Source: Candidatus Nomurabacteria bacterium RIFCSPHIGHO2_02_40_30 (GTDB lineage: Bacteria > Patescibacteriota > Minisyncoccia > Phycocordibacterales > UBA9973). From it: DNA of 64,000 nucleotides. The stretch is from positions 95,653 through 159,652 of the forward strand of contig MFTV01000016.1 of the NCBI GenBank assembly GCA_001785445.1, read 5' to 3'. Under the pieces are notes generated by a model. It saw nothing but the letters and a program-made list of their open reading frames with translations, searched no databases and had not been told where the DNA came from. The stretch's first letter is position 1; each line of letters opens with the position of its first letter. This document shows positions 37,675-47,854 of this stretch, in pieces. The translations under genes and the position numbers were made by a program.

Positions 37675-38043
37675 ATGAAGCTCAAAAAAGTAAAAATGTC
37701 AGACATACAGGAAGGACCAATAAGACATCTAACTTTGCCTGATGGCTTTATCCAGCGTGTAAAGGAGTTCAAGCAAGCATTAGCCGAGGTTGAAAAAACA
37801 TCACTAGAAAGCACACTTGAAAACTTTCAAAGAGATACAAACCCTGAAAATGAACTAAGGGTATGGGAAAAAATAGCATCAACTTATCAATGGGCTGTAA
37901 TAGACAATGTTGGGCTTATAGAAGCAGAAAAAAAGGATGTCTTTGGTATCTTGCTTGGTTTATCTATGGGTATGAAGGATTTTAGTAATTTCAAGAACTT
38001 GAGTAAAGAAAAAGTTGCTGAAGTTGTTAGTCATTTTTCATAA
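37675..38043 (+). CDS. hypothetical protein (122 aa)
   Basis: Intact ORF on the opposite strand, between the NTase and the recombinase. Confidence 0.4.
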   Translation: MKLKKVKMSDIQEGPIRHLTLPDGFIQRVKEFKQALAEVEKTSLESTLENFQRDTNPENELRVWEKIASTYQWAVIDNVGLIEAEKKDVFGILLGLSMGMKDFSNFKNLSKEKVAEVVSHFS

Positions 38044-38185
38044 AAATACGAAAGCAATTATTTTAGCAAGCGAGTCAGATAAAAATCAGAGTTCAAATGT
38101 ATCTCTTAATCTAATAAAAGGGTGTTGCGTGATTCTGTGTTCACATCTCGTGAATGTTTCTTTATTAGTTGGTGGTCTATACCAT

Positions 38186-39976
38186 CTATAAAACAAATGT
38201 CTTAGGAAAATACATTAGAGGGTTTAATTTGATTATCTGTTGTCTTCTTTCCGTTTCAGAAATCGTCTTTAAGTCTAGTATAAGTGGGAATGACTCTTTT
38301 TGTTCTTGTGAAACTCCGTTAACTAAACTAATGTTTGTTGTCTTCGTATAACTGGGGAACCTGAAAACAACATTAACATAATCCTCTTTTGCATAGAGGG
38401 TAATTCGTTCAATGAATAGAAATACGATTTTTTGCTTTTCTTCATACGAAACATTTTCTAGTCTATTTTTTATTTGTTCGTATACTTTTTTAAGAGACAC
38501 CTCTCTTTCTTCTTTTTCTTTTTTAGTAGTAGACAACTGGTGTAAATGTATCGTTTCATCCTTGAGTTTTTGTTCGTCATTTTTATATTGACTAACATAC
38601 ATTTCATATTGTTTTTTAGAAATCTGTCCATTCACATAAAGTTCATTGGCTCTGTCTCTCTTTTCACTGATTGAAGATGACTCAGTTTCAATTTCTGTTA
38701 ATCGTATTTTAGTTAACTTGGGGTTTTCTGTTTTATAGATGTATTGTTTTAACGGATGAAACATATTTTGTGGATTTTTGAGTATTTCTTTTAAACAATA
38801 CCAGATGGGTTCTAATCTTGCCTCAGAGTATTGAGGACACCACTCACATCTTTTTGTAGTGCCAACAGCGTCATCTTTTCTATAAATACCATGATAGTAT
38901 CTTCCATTACCGTGCTCCCAGTTTTTTCGTGGGGGTTGAAACCCACTAAACATCTTATAATTGCATTTACCACAATAGATAAGTTTTGAATACAAATACT
39001 CTCGTTTCTGATTTCTTTTTGAAAATTCCCTATTTCTCATTAGTTGTTGTTTTGCGAGTTCAAAAGTTTCTGGTGAAATAACCACGGGTGTTTCTATTTG
39101 TACCCAGTCTTCTTTTGGTCTCAATTTATTTTTATCTGTTATACTTGTAAGATTGTTAAAAGGTCTCTTGTATTTTCTATAATAGAAAACTCCAGTATAA
39201 ACTTCGTTAGTTAAAATTCTTCCTATCGTTCGTTTATACCAATAGTTGTTAGTGGTTCGTTTTTTGACTTTAGTAAAATACGGAGTGGGTATTTTCATTT
39301 GGTTCATTCTTCTCTCTAATTCATTTAGAGACAATCTTTCGTCAATGAGCCATTTAAAAAGTTTCTGAACTATTTTTACTTCTTCTGGAACAAGAAGAAG
39401 TTTTTTTGTTTTTTTGTCAACTTTAAAACCAAAAGGAGGCACACCAGTCACCCACTTTCCTGCTTTAGCGGCACATAATTTTCCATTTGATGTCCTTTCT
39501 CTGATAGTTTCTCTTTCCATTTCTGCGACAGCTCCTAAAAGAGTAGTCATAAATTTTCCTGTACTACTTGTAGTATCAAATGCTTCAGTTGTTGAACGGA
39601 AACCAACATTATAATTTCCAAGAAGTTCAATGGCTCCCAGTAATAATGTGGTCTTTCTAAAAAATCTATCTAATCTATAAACAAGAACAACATCAAACTC
39701 CTTGTTTTGTGCGTCAGTAAATAATTGTTTTAGTTGTGGTCTAGAATCAACGGGTAAAGTACCAGAAAAACCTTCTTCAGAATAGATGTGTTTTTCTTCT
39801 AAAGAATAATCTTGAGACTGGACAAAGGCGAGTAGTTTTTCTTTTTGTACTTCAAGTCCGTATCCTGAAATTTGTTCCCCTGTCGATACTCGGAGATACA
39901 AGGCGACTCTTATTTTATTTTTTGTTTCAGTTTCCATTTTCATAATTCTTTTGACGACAGAGTTTAAAGAGTTCAT
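38186..39976 (-). CDS. large serine recombinase (probable start ~39943/39937)
   Basis: Resolvase-type N-terminal catalytic domain 'IRVALYLRVSTGEQ' with catalytic Ser. Large recombinase C-terminal domain with Cys-rich zinc ribbon (CGKCNYKM...C..C). Confidence 0.9.
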   Translation of the reverse strand: MNSLNSVVKRIMKMETETKNKIRVALYLRVSTGEQISGYGLEVQKEKLLAFVQSQDYSLEEKHIYSEEGFSGTLPVDSRPQLKQLFTDAQNKEFDVVLVYRLDRFFRKTTLLLGAIELLGNYNVGFRSTTEAFDTTSSTGKFMTTLLGAVAEMERETIRERTSNGKLCAAKAGKWVTGVPPFGFKVDKKTKKLLLVPEEVKIVQKLFKWLIDERLSLNELERRMNQMKIPTPYFTKVKKRTTNNYWYKRTIGRILTNEVYTGVFYYRKYKRPFNNLTSITDKNKLRPKEDWVQIETPVVISPETFELAKQQLMRNREFSKRNQKREYLYSKLIYCGKCNYKMFSGFQPPRKNWEHGNGRYYHGIYRKDDAVGTTKRCEWCPQYSEARLEPIWYCLKEILKNPQNMFHPLKQYIYKTENPKLTKIRLTEIETESSSISEKRDRANELYVNGQISKKQYEMYVSQYKNDEQKLKDETIHLHQLSTTKKEKEEREVSLKKVYEQIKNRLENVSYEEKQKIVFLFIERITLYAKEDYVNVVFRFPSYTKTTNISLVNGVSQEQKESFPLILDLKTISETERRQQIIKLNPLMYFPKTFVL

Positions 39977-40205
39977 CGTTGGTTAAGACCTCAATTCTTT
40001 CGGTCTTTAGGGTAATAAGTTCATTGGTCAACTCCTCCCTAGAAAGGGTCTGTATTCTTTGAATCTCATCTGAGATTAAACAATCTTTAAGTTCTGTGGT
40101 GTCATTCATATTTTTTGAAAACAATACTGTGTGTGTCTTACAATAAGTTTCCTTATGCATATTGTTATAGGTGTGTATATAAAAGTACAACAAATATGTT
40201 AACAA
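39927..40205 (-). CDS. small hypothetical protein upstream of recombinase (possible recombination directionality/regulatory protein)
   Basis: ORF overlapping the recombinase start in another frame. The real start is likely internal (MNDTTELK...). No motif. Confidence 0.3.
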   Translation of the reverse strand: MLTYLLYFYIHTYNNMHKETYCKTHTVLFSKNMNDTTELKDCLISDEIQRIQTLSREELTNELITLKTERIEVLTNDELFKLCRQKNYENGN

Positions 40206-40313
40206 CTGATGAGACCATTAGAACGATTGGTTGTTTTTGACCTACTGATGTGTGCAAAATTTTAGTTCTATATATAGATTGCATAGTTGCAACGATGAGT
40301 ATTAAGTAAGTAT

Positions 40314-42170
40314 TTATTCAAAAAGGTGTTCCATCTCTTCATCCTCTTCGTCTATTTTTACGATTTCTTCATCGATTTCAATAGTAGATTTTGTAATGGA
40401 CTCTTTTGGTGTTGTTAATTTTTCGTCCTCTCTGGGGAGTCTGTAAATGTTTCTCTTTCCTGACTTGTCGACCACTATCTTTTTCTCTTTTGTTAGTTCT
40501 TTAAGTGCATCTACAACATTCCTCCCACCTGCTTGTGCTTTTACTGCTTCTTGTAATGCTTCCTTTATGTGTGGACCATCCTCCAGTACGATTAAGATAG
40601 CCATTTTTGCATTTTCTTTTTTGCTTTTTTCCTCTTCAATTTCTTGATAATCCCCTAAAGATACTTTTCCGTCTACTTCAATCAACTTCACACTAAAGGG
40701 GTCAGCTGCTTTACTTCGTCTTGACTTCACATGCTCAATTTCCATAATAAACGCTTTTGTATTTTTTTTATCTTTTTTAACTGTTATGTGTGAATCTAAT
40801 CTTCCTGAAATAGCAGACGAACCACGAAGACTTTGTGCTCCTTTTGGTTGTCCGATTCCATCTTTTCTGTGGTGATGGATAAATAAAACAGAAGCACCTA
40901 CTTTATTTATTTCTTGCATAGCTTGCATAATCTGTTCTGCTTGTTCAGCACTATTTTCTTCTTTTGAATGTAGTGCTGCGAATGGGTCAAACATAACCAA
41001 AGAAATATTGTTTTGTTGAACTATGTTTTTAAGTTGGTCTAAGTCTTTTCTATTATCAATTTTGAAGTGTTGAAGAATACTAAACATAATTGGTAAATCT
41101 TTTTTGAATGACATTCTTTCTATTCGTCTTTTTGTCTCACCCTCACCTGACTCTTCATCAACAAGAAGTATTTTTCCAGTCATAGTTTCAAAATGGTCAA
41201 ATACTTTTTTACCTGATGCTATTGCTTTAGCAATATGCAACATTACCCAACTTTTTCCATGACTTGGTTGTCCTGAAAGAGCAATAATGCCTTGCCTTGG
41301 GATAAGTGGATTGACTAAAAATTCCTGTTCTTTGGTCTCTAGTTTTAAAACATCACTAACAGAAAGTATTTTTATCAATCGTTGTTCCGTGTTTTCGGGT
41401 TCTTTCCCATCTTTTCTTTGTTTTCTTTGAGATTCTGCAAGACTCTCGAAAACTTCAAATAAGTGTTTGTCTTCTAATGGTGGATTGTTGTTTTTGTTCC
41501 ATGACTGGACTAACGGGAAACAAAAAGTAAACCAATCCTTTTCTGAATATTGGTATAACAATTTTCCAGAAATTCGAGTTAAAACATCATGACGAGAACC
41601 TGTCTCAACTCCACTAAATAGAACATCCCATTTTTGGTCTGACTGGTTGTGATTTTGAGTTGTCTTTTTTTCGTCAAGAACCATCCACTTTGGAACTTCA
41701 GCAAGGGGTAGTTTGTCTAAATCAATTTCCCATTCGTAATGATTCCCAGATAGATGAAGAGATGGGGGGACAACTATGTATCCCCCATCACCTCTAATAT
41801 CTATTTTACGACCCAAAATACGAGTGGCATTTTTTATACCAGTCTCAGGATATTTGAAGTAGAAATGTTTCCCTCCCCCTCCAGATTTCACAGTCGGGGT
41901 GTTTGGTATCTCTAATCCAGTTGTATCTCCGTCATGTTCAACATCTAAAACAACTATCCCAGAAATTTTTCCTGTCACTAATGCAATACCATCTGGGATA
42001 TTGTTCTTAAACCATGATTCTATTTCTTCTTTACTGGCTTGTCTTTCTTGATACTCTTTCCAAGACGACAAGAGTGGTGTTTTGTCTCTTTTGATGGGGA
42101 TAACAGAGAGCCCCTTTTCTTGAAGTCGGAGAGCGGCCTGAAGTAGAACACTTCTTTTTTTTGTTTGCAT
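40314..42170 (-). CDS. bifunctional primase-polymerase (Prim-Pol) N-terminal domain fused to RecA-like/DnaB-like helicase (AAA_25-type) replication protein
   Basis: N-terminal 'GLSVIPIK...GIALVTGKISGIVVLDVEHDGD...GGGGKHFYFKY...DIRGDGGYIVVPPS' is a prim-pol signature. Central P-loop 'LSGQPSHGKSW' and 'ILLVDEESGEG' are also present. Confidence 0.75.
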   Translation of the reverse strand: MQTKKRSVLLQAALRLQEKGLSVIPIKRDKTPLLSSWKEYQERQASKEEIESWFKNNIPDGIALVTGKISGIVVLDVEHDGDTTGLEIPNTPTVKSGGGGKHFYFKYPETGIKNATRILGRKIDIRGDGGYIVVPPSLHLSGNHYEWEIDLDKLPLAEVPKWMVLDEKKTTQNHNQSDQKWDVLFSGVETGSRHDVLTRISGKLLYQYSEKDWFTFCFPLVQSWNKNNNPPLEDKHLFEVFESLAESQRKQRKDGKEPENTEQRLIKILSVSDVLKLETKEQEFLVNPLIPRQGIIALSGQPSHGKSWVMLHIAKAIASGKKVFDHFETMTGKILLVDEESGEGETKRRIERMSFKKDLPIMFSILQHFKIDNRKDLDQLKNIVQQNNISLVMFDPFAALHSKEENSAEQAEQIMQAMQEINKVGASVLFIHHHRKDGIGQPKGAQSLRGSSAISGRLDSHITVKKDKKNTKAFIMEIEHVKSRRSKAADPFSVKLIEVDGKVSLGDYQEIEEEKSKKENAKMAILIVLEDGPHIKEALQEAVKAQAGGRNVVDALKELTKEKKIVVDKSGKRNIYRLPREDEKLTTPKESITKSTIEIDEEIVKIDEEDEEMEHLFE

Positions 42171-42209
42171 AACATATTTTTTTACTAAAGATAAACTCTA
42201 ATACTAAAA

Positions 42210-42566
42210 CTACTTTTTAGTTTGAGTATTATTAAACCAATAATAAGTTTTGTGGGTAAATTTAGCCTCTAAGGGATTAAACTTACCTGAACAAGTAAAC
42301 CGAGTAATAAAATCAGTCATTTGAATAAACATTGTTATCTTCTTTTTTGGTATGTCGTAACGACATCTAAGAACAATTTCTTCTTTGTCTTTCAAGCCAC
42401 TAACATGTCCAGTGTTTATCGACTCTGCACTTATTTTTCTTTCCACAATAGATTCTAATTCTTCACAAATATTTTCCATGCTGTCTTGAACCGCCACTCT
42501 ATATTTGTCTCCAGGTTGTCTAGTATTCTTCAGACTTATATCTCTTACTTTATTTATTTTTTTCAT
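42210..42566 (-). CDS. hypothetical protein (118 aa)
   Basis: Intact ORF with no motif. Confidence 0.4.
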   Translation of the reverse strand: MKKINKVRDISLKNTRQPGDKYRVAVQDSMENICEELESIVERKISAESINTGHVSGLKDKEEIVLRCRYDIPKKKITMFIQMTDFITRFTCSGKFNPLEAKFTHKTYYWFNNTQTKK

Positions 42567-43308
42567 CTTCTAATTCGTTATCACTTATAATTTCGCTGGA
42601 TTTTATTTCATCTGACGATAAAATAAGCTGAAAGAAAGCATTAAATACTGCAGATATTTCTTGCTCAATTTTTTTATCATTTTTAGACATAGAAAAGGCC
42701 AGCTACAAGATTGTGCCTAATACATTGAATTTTTGAGTATGACCACTACTACAAAAAATAAATGCCAAGCAAATCTTTTTTTGCAGTTTTTTTTGGTAGA
42801 GTGAGAATGTCACCGCTGGTTCGACCTGAAGCGACAACACAATTTAGATTAAACTGACTACATATTAAGTATGGCATGCAGAAATACCAAAAGTGTCAAA
42901 ATAAGATATAAAAAAAGAGAAAAGTAAACAAGAAATAAAAAACTCTTATTTTTAAAGACTCTTTTGGATTTATATAACAGTATGTTGATTACTTGTCAAT
43001 TTTTTTGACACTTTTTTAGCCCTTTTGAGCAAAAAAGGCTACACAAAAATGACCCAGTTTTAGTAAAAAATTGTATGGATATAGAATACCACCTCTTTCA
43101 CGGGGGAAGGCCTCTAAAAGGACTCTAGAATGGCCAGACACCCAATTAGGGTGTTGGTTGTCCTAGTTTATACATGTGCATGCTAATCCAAAACACAGTT
43201 CTATAAACTTTACTATATAAACTCGTAAATCATTATGAATCTCGTAGAAGCTATAATGGGTTGCTACTCGTAGCGTCGTACACAATTTTTCCATTAAAAA
43301 TCATTCAG

Positions 43309-44295
43309 TCAAGGAATTAAATAGACCGAGTACTCTAATTGCCTTCTTGCATCTACATCTCCTGGTTGAACACAATTAAAATCATCCTGATTATCAATTC
43401 CAATCGTGACGATATGAACCCCTGTTGAACTATTACTCACATCGAGAGTGAAAGTATTCTCAAGTGAAAAGACCTTCCAACCAGACTCACTAGACCAGTC
43501 GGCTGGTGTATCATGTGTAAAGTAGACAGGAAGTCCTTGTGGGTCAGTAGCTGTTATCTCTAATGTGATAGAGTTAACTGTCCCCTTAGCGAAACCGCCT
43601 CTAATGCCAAAACCTTGAAACGGATAATTGCCAACATTGCCAAGACTATCTTTAATCATAGTAATCTTTGGACAATGAAGTTCTTTGTAAGTTAATGGGG
43701 GCGTAGGTGTTGGAGTTGGAGTCTGTCTTTTTCTAGTTATAATTGCAGGAGGAGTAATTGGAGTTATGCTTGGTATAACAAGAATTGTGTCGTTGCATGA
43801 CTTACCAGTTATTGAACTAAACTTATTGCCTGAATCACACCCTGCATTTACTGGAAGTACCTGACTTGAAGTTGAATTATCAATAATAACAGGCGGTGCA
43901 GTACATGGTCCCACTATTGGGCATGGTCCCACCATAACTCCAGGACTTGCTCCACCACCTGCGCTACTGGAGGGGGTAGTCAATGTTGTTGGTTTTGTTG
44001 GAGTGATTTGTTTTGATGTAGACTTAGTGTCCTGTTTTTCTTTTTTGAGTACAACTTTTTCTTTTTCAACTTTTTTATCATTAACGGAGTTAGTAGTTGG
44101 AACAGAAACTTGAACTACTGGAGGTTGAACAACTTGTTTTTTAAACCATGAAAACGGATTCCACCAAGAAGCAAAAGCAATAGAGGGAGTTAAAAATACT
44201 ATTAAAAGTAGACACAAGGAATATCTTTTCATAAAATTATTTAAGACAAAAATTGCTAATAATTCCATGAATGGGAAACAAAAAGCCCACCACAT
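43309..44295 (-). CDS. secreted protein with 'ASWWNPFSWF' post-signal motif (paralogue of 994..2535); likely start at ~44232 (MKRYSL...)
   Basis: 'MKRYSLCLLLIVFLTPSIAFASWWNPFSWFKK' is a signal peptide plus the same motif. It is followed by a P/T/S-rich linker and a C-terminal globular domain. Confidence 0.6.
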   Translation of the reverse strand: MWWAFCFPFMELLAIFVLNNFMKRYSLCLLLIVFLTPSIAFASWWNPFSWFKKQVVQPPVVQVSVPTTNSVNDKKVEKEKVVLKKEKQDTKSTSKQITPTKPTTLTTPSSSAGGGASPGVMVGPCPIVGPCTAPPVIIDNSTSSQVLPVNAGCDSGNKFSSITGKSCNDTILVIPSITPITPPAIITRKRQTPTPTPTPPLTYKELHCPKITMIKDSLGNVGNYPFQGFGIRGGFAKGTVNSITLEITATDPQGLPVYFTHDTPADWSSESGWKVFSLENTFTLDVSNSSTGVHIVTIGIDNQDDFNCVQPGDVDARRQLEYSVYLIP

Positions 44296-44490
44296 GGGTA
44301 GAGACCGAAGTCTCTCATATTAGTTTCCTAATATGGCCTGACGGACACCCCATATGATGGGTTCTTTATGTCCGTCAGGACTCTTTCACCATGCTATTGA
44401 AAAATCAATAGTTTAGGCTACTTTTAAAATATTCAGTTGTATCTATATAGTATTACTTGTCTAAAGAAATGTAAAATAAAGAGGTCATAA

Positions 44491-45309
44491 CTACATGATA
44501 AGAGTTGATAATTCCTTTGCATTATTGAGTGGTAATGATAGATATAATGCCTTTTCTGATTTGCCTGCTTGTACCATCTTTTTTAATGTAAAGTTTTGCG
44601 AGAAGAAGTTTTTATCAATATATCCAACTATGTATGCTTTTCGAGTTGATATATCAATATAAATTCTTACATAAAAAAAACGCATATTGATTTGCTCTTC
44701 ATTGCGCATTTTTAATATACACTCAGAATTAGATAAACAATTAAAACTCCTGTATGTTTTACAAAAATTTATATAGTCCATCAAATTGTTTATTTTATCA
44801 AATTCATCTACACGGAGATATTTAGGGTACTCAAGAAAATCATCACTCATGATAATACTAGAGATGTTCTGGTCACTGCTTCCTGTTCTTTTGTGCCGCT
44901 CTGCAACTCTTGTAGATTTTATTTCAACCGTATAAATACCATTACTTTCAAGACCAATTTTTGTCCCATCACTTATCTTCCCATAGTCACTATTTTTAAC
45001 CTCATAATTGATTTGTTCTATATATTTATTAACTATTGATTGGTCTTTATTTGATACGAATATTATTCCATCAAAAGGAGCATGCTTTTCAAAATTATTA
45101 GACCTAAACTCATCATACGATAAGTATTTATAATTCGGAAAATTCTGAATTATAAATTCCTTAAACACTTTTTCAGCAATTTTACCTAGTGATGTATCTG
45201 AAGCTTTTTCTTCGTTAGAACGACCTAGTTGCCATGTATTTGCTGTGTTTTCAACAATCTTTTTGAAACTACCAGAATTGTTAATTGTTATATCATTAAT
45301 TATTATCAT
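44491..45309 (-). CDS. hypothetical protein co-transcribed with type III res; possible PD-(D/E)xK fold
   Basis: Overlaps the res stop by 4 nt. 'PFDGIIF...YEVKNS / VEIKST' weakly resembles a PD-ExK nuclease core. Confidence 0.4.
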   Translation of the reverse strand: MIIINDITINNSGSFKKIVENTANTWQLGRSNEEKASDTSLGKIAEKVFKEFIIQNFPNYKYLSYDEFRSNNFEKHAPFDGIIFVSNKDQSIVNKYIEQINYEVKNSDYGKISDGTKIGLESNGIYTVEIKSTRVAERHKRTGSSDQNISSIIMSDDFLEYPKYLRVDEFDKINNLMDYINFCKTYRSFNCLSNSECILKMRNEEQINMRFFYVRIYIDISTRKAYIVGYIDKNFFSQNFTLKKMVQAGKSEKALYLSLPLNNAKELSTLIM

Positions 45310-47849
45310 TGCTTTTTCAATTCTTCAAATAATCTTACCTGCTCACGCTGGAGTGAAGCATTGAAAATGATATGATATTCAAAGTTTTTATTTATACTCT
45401 TAAAATCAGAGAAGCCGATTTCTTTTGCTAGTATTTCGTTTGTGAGATTTTCCATTTTGCCTTTGTATGATTTTTTATTTGCTTCATAGTCAGCTTGTTC
45501 GTCTCCTCCTTTCGTTTCAATCACTAAAAAACGTTCCTTTGATGTTTCAATGAGAAAATCTGGAAAGTATCGCCCCATACGCTTTTGCTCTGGACTCCAA
45601 TATTCAAAGTAAAAATCGGTTCGGCTCGGGTCTGCACAAACACGAGCTCCTGTAAAATATATATCTTTGATAGTTTCTTTTTTTTCAAGCACACTTCTCA
45701 AGTATCGAAATAAATCCTTTTCATCACTACTATCAAAAGCATACGGATTGATGTGAAAACCGATACGACCCTTTCGTCCTTCTTCTGCTTCAGTTTCTTT
45801 GTATACTACTAGAGTATTTCTACCCTGTTGAACACTAATTTTAAACGGAAAGAGTTTTGTAAGTTCAAGTTCTTCTTCTACAATCTCAGTCTTTTCTTCA
45901 TACTTGTAAGCACTTTTTAGGATTTCTTGTACTATAAATGGAACGAGGGCGAAATTCTCATTTGTCATTTTTACAAACTCATCCCGTTTCTTGCTACTAG
46001 AAATAATACTACTAATCACAATACACGATAGGTGTGTATAGCGATTGATAATTTCTACTATCTCGTAGAAAGTAAAATCGTTTTTGTCTTCTATTTTTCG
46101 GACTGCTCTAACTTCACTGTATCCAGCATTTCCCTCATCACCAAGAAAGATACCCCCCTCACTGACAAATGACTGGTATCGCTCTGGCTTGAACTTCTTA
46201 AAATCTACTTTTATGTTCTCTGCGTTCGCCTCCTGTACTGCTAAAATCTCTTTAAGCACCTTCTTAACTTTGATGGTCTTTCGTTTCTCAACTTCTAGTG
46301 TATGTTCTACCATTTTCTGGTCTTGTGTATTCAACTCGCTTATGCTGGAAGCAAAGTTATTCTTAAGTTCTTTATCAAGTATTTTGTAATTTTCCTTTGA
46401 AAGAAAGATGTGAGCACGAGTAGAATTGTCACCAATAGCACGGAGACATCTTGTTGTGGATTGAAGCACAAGGATAGTGCTTTTTGGCTTTTTATACAGA
46501 GCAACTGAAACAAGCGAACGACAATTCCATCCTTCAGTTCCTTTACCTACGAGCAGTACAAATCGCTTTTTGCTTTCTGCTGTATCAAGCTGTCTAAAAT
46601 CATTAATGTTTTCTTCTGCTCGTGTGTGATATTCCAGAATAGTGCTTGGCGAGATATTTCTCTCTGTGAGAATACGCTCCAGTTTTGGCTTCAAGTCAGT
46701 TTGTAAATCATTAATGTTTGATGCGTAAAAAGCAATCTTCGGCAATCGTCCTTCAAGTCTCTTCTTGTCATACTCAGCAATAAAAGTATCAATGACTTCT
46801 TCAAGAAATTTTTGTGACCGCACTATACCATAATCTAAGATGCGAACCTGTTTCAAAATTCCTTTCTCTATACCTTGCTTAAGACCGAAGTGATACACTA
46901 CATCAGAAATCATCTTATTGTTTACATAGGGAGTTCCTGTGAGGTTCACTACAGATATAAGTGGTGTGTGCTTGTGTAAATAATCAATCGTTTGACGTGT
47001 TTTCTTCAAAGTTCCTTCAAGAGTTTTGCCATATGAATGATGGGCTTCGTCCACAAAAATTTGAAGTGAACCAAGTTGTCGTATGGCTTGCAATCGCATA
47101 TTCTCAACCTCTCGTTTCCCGAGCTCATTCTTATCGCCAAAAAGACGCTTTGTGGCATTGTTTTCGTCCCCATTTCTTGTCTTCAAAATTATCTTCTGTG
47201 AGTTGGAAACAATGACATTATAGTTCCCATTTGGAGCTAGAGGAGTGTCAGTACTTTCAAGGTAATGGTATTTTATATTCAAAATGATATTCTCGTATTC
47301 TTTCGGAAGCACTCGTGAGTAGTCAAAAGTCTTGATTTCTTTCAAGCTCTCAATGATGGTTGTATCAGGAGCAAAGACTAGAGCATTTTTCGCAAAACGT
47401 TCGTCATCATTGTGATAGAACGAAAGCACAAAATCATAGAGCATCATCACGGCCATCAAAATTGTTTTACCCGAACCCATTGTGAGAGCATAGACCTGAT
47501 TTGCATAATCCGAAGTCCCGAACTTATCATCAAGAATTAGCTGTATTTTTTCATCTTTTTTCTTATCGTAGGCAAGCTCAAACGCTTCTTTGTCAGAAAT
47601 ACCCAGAGCACGGATGAGTTCAATTTCATTTTCAAATGATTGTCGGAACACTTCCACTGACGGCTTGTTGCCTACTACTTCTTTGAGGTAGATATAAGTT
47701 TCCAATGCTTCAATCTGTGGCTCGTGCAAAAAAGCTACTCGCTTGATGTGAGTGAGAATGTTCTCCGTCTCTTTGTACACGCTTTTATATCCATCAGCAC
47801 GCCAGAGAGCTACTTGTTTTTGTATGTTTTGAAGAAAAAAACTATCCAT
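45306..47849 (-). CDS. res: type III restriction enzyme Res subunit (SF2 helicase + C-terminal PD-(D/E)xK endonuclease)
   Basis: Walker A 'LTMGSGKTIL', DEAH 'IFVDEAHHS', motif VI-like 'VGKGTEGWNCRS' and C-terminal 'FPDFLIE...LVIETKG'. Confidence 0.8.
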   Translation of the reverse strand: MDSFFLQNIQKQVALWRADGYKSVYKETENILTHIKRVAFLHEPQIEALETYIYLKEVVGNKPSVEVFRQSFENEIELIRALGISDKEAFELAYDKKKDEKIQLILDDKFGTSDYANQVYALTMGSGKTILMAVMMLYDFVLSFYHNDDERFAKNALVFAPDTTIIESLKEIKTFDYSRVLPKEYENIILNIKYHYLESTDTPLAPNGNYNVIVSNSQKIILKTRNGDENNATKRLFGDKNELGKREVENMRLQAIRQLGSLQIFVDEAHHSYGKTLEGTLKKTRQTIDYLHKHTPLISVVNLTGTPYVNNKMISDVVYHFGLKQGIEKGILKQVRILDYGIVRSQKFLEEVIDTFIAEYDKKRLEGRLPKIAFYASNINDLQTDLKPKLERILTERNISPSTILEYHTRAEENINDFRQLDTAESKKRFVLLVGKGTEGWNCRSLVSVALYKKPKSTILVLQSTTRCLRAIGDNSTRAHIFLSKENYKILDKELKNNFASSISELNTQDQKMVEHTLEVEKRKTIKVKKVLKEILAVQEANAENIKVDFKKFKPERYQSFVSEGGIFLGDEGNAGYSEVRAVRKIEDKNDFTFYEIVEIINRYTHLSCIVISSIISSSKKRDEFVKMTNENFALVPFIVQEILKSAYKYEEKTEIVEEELELTKLFPFKISVQQGRNTLVVYKETEAEEGRKGRIGFHINPYAFDSSDEKDLFRYLRSVLEKKETIKDIYFTGARVCADPSRTDFYFEYWSPEQKRMGRYFPDFLIETSKERFLVIETKGGDEQADYEANKKSYKGKMENLTNEILAKEIGFSDFKSINKNFEYHIIFNASLQREQVRLFEELKKQ

Positions 47850-47854
47850 AATTT

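Noticed and set aside
42720-42760. tRNA-like fragment GGTAGAGTGAGAATGTCACCGCTGGTTCGACC
   Set aside because: No acceptor stem or complete T-arm pairing could be built. It is most likely chance similarity, or at most a decayed tRNA fragment.
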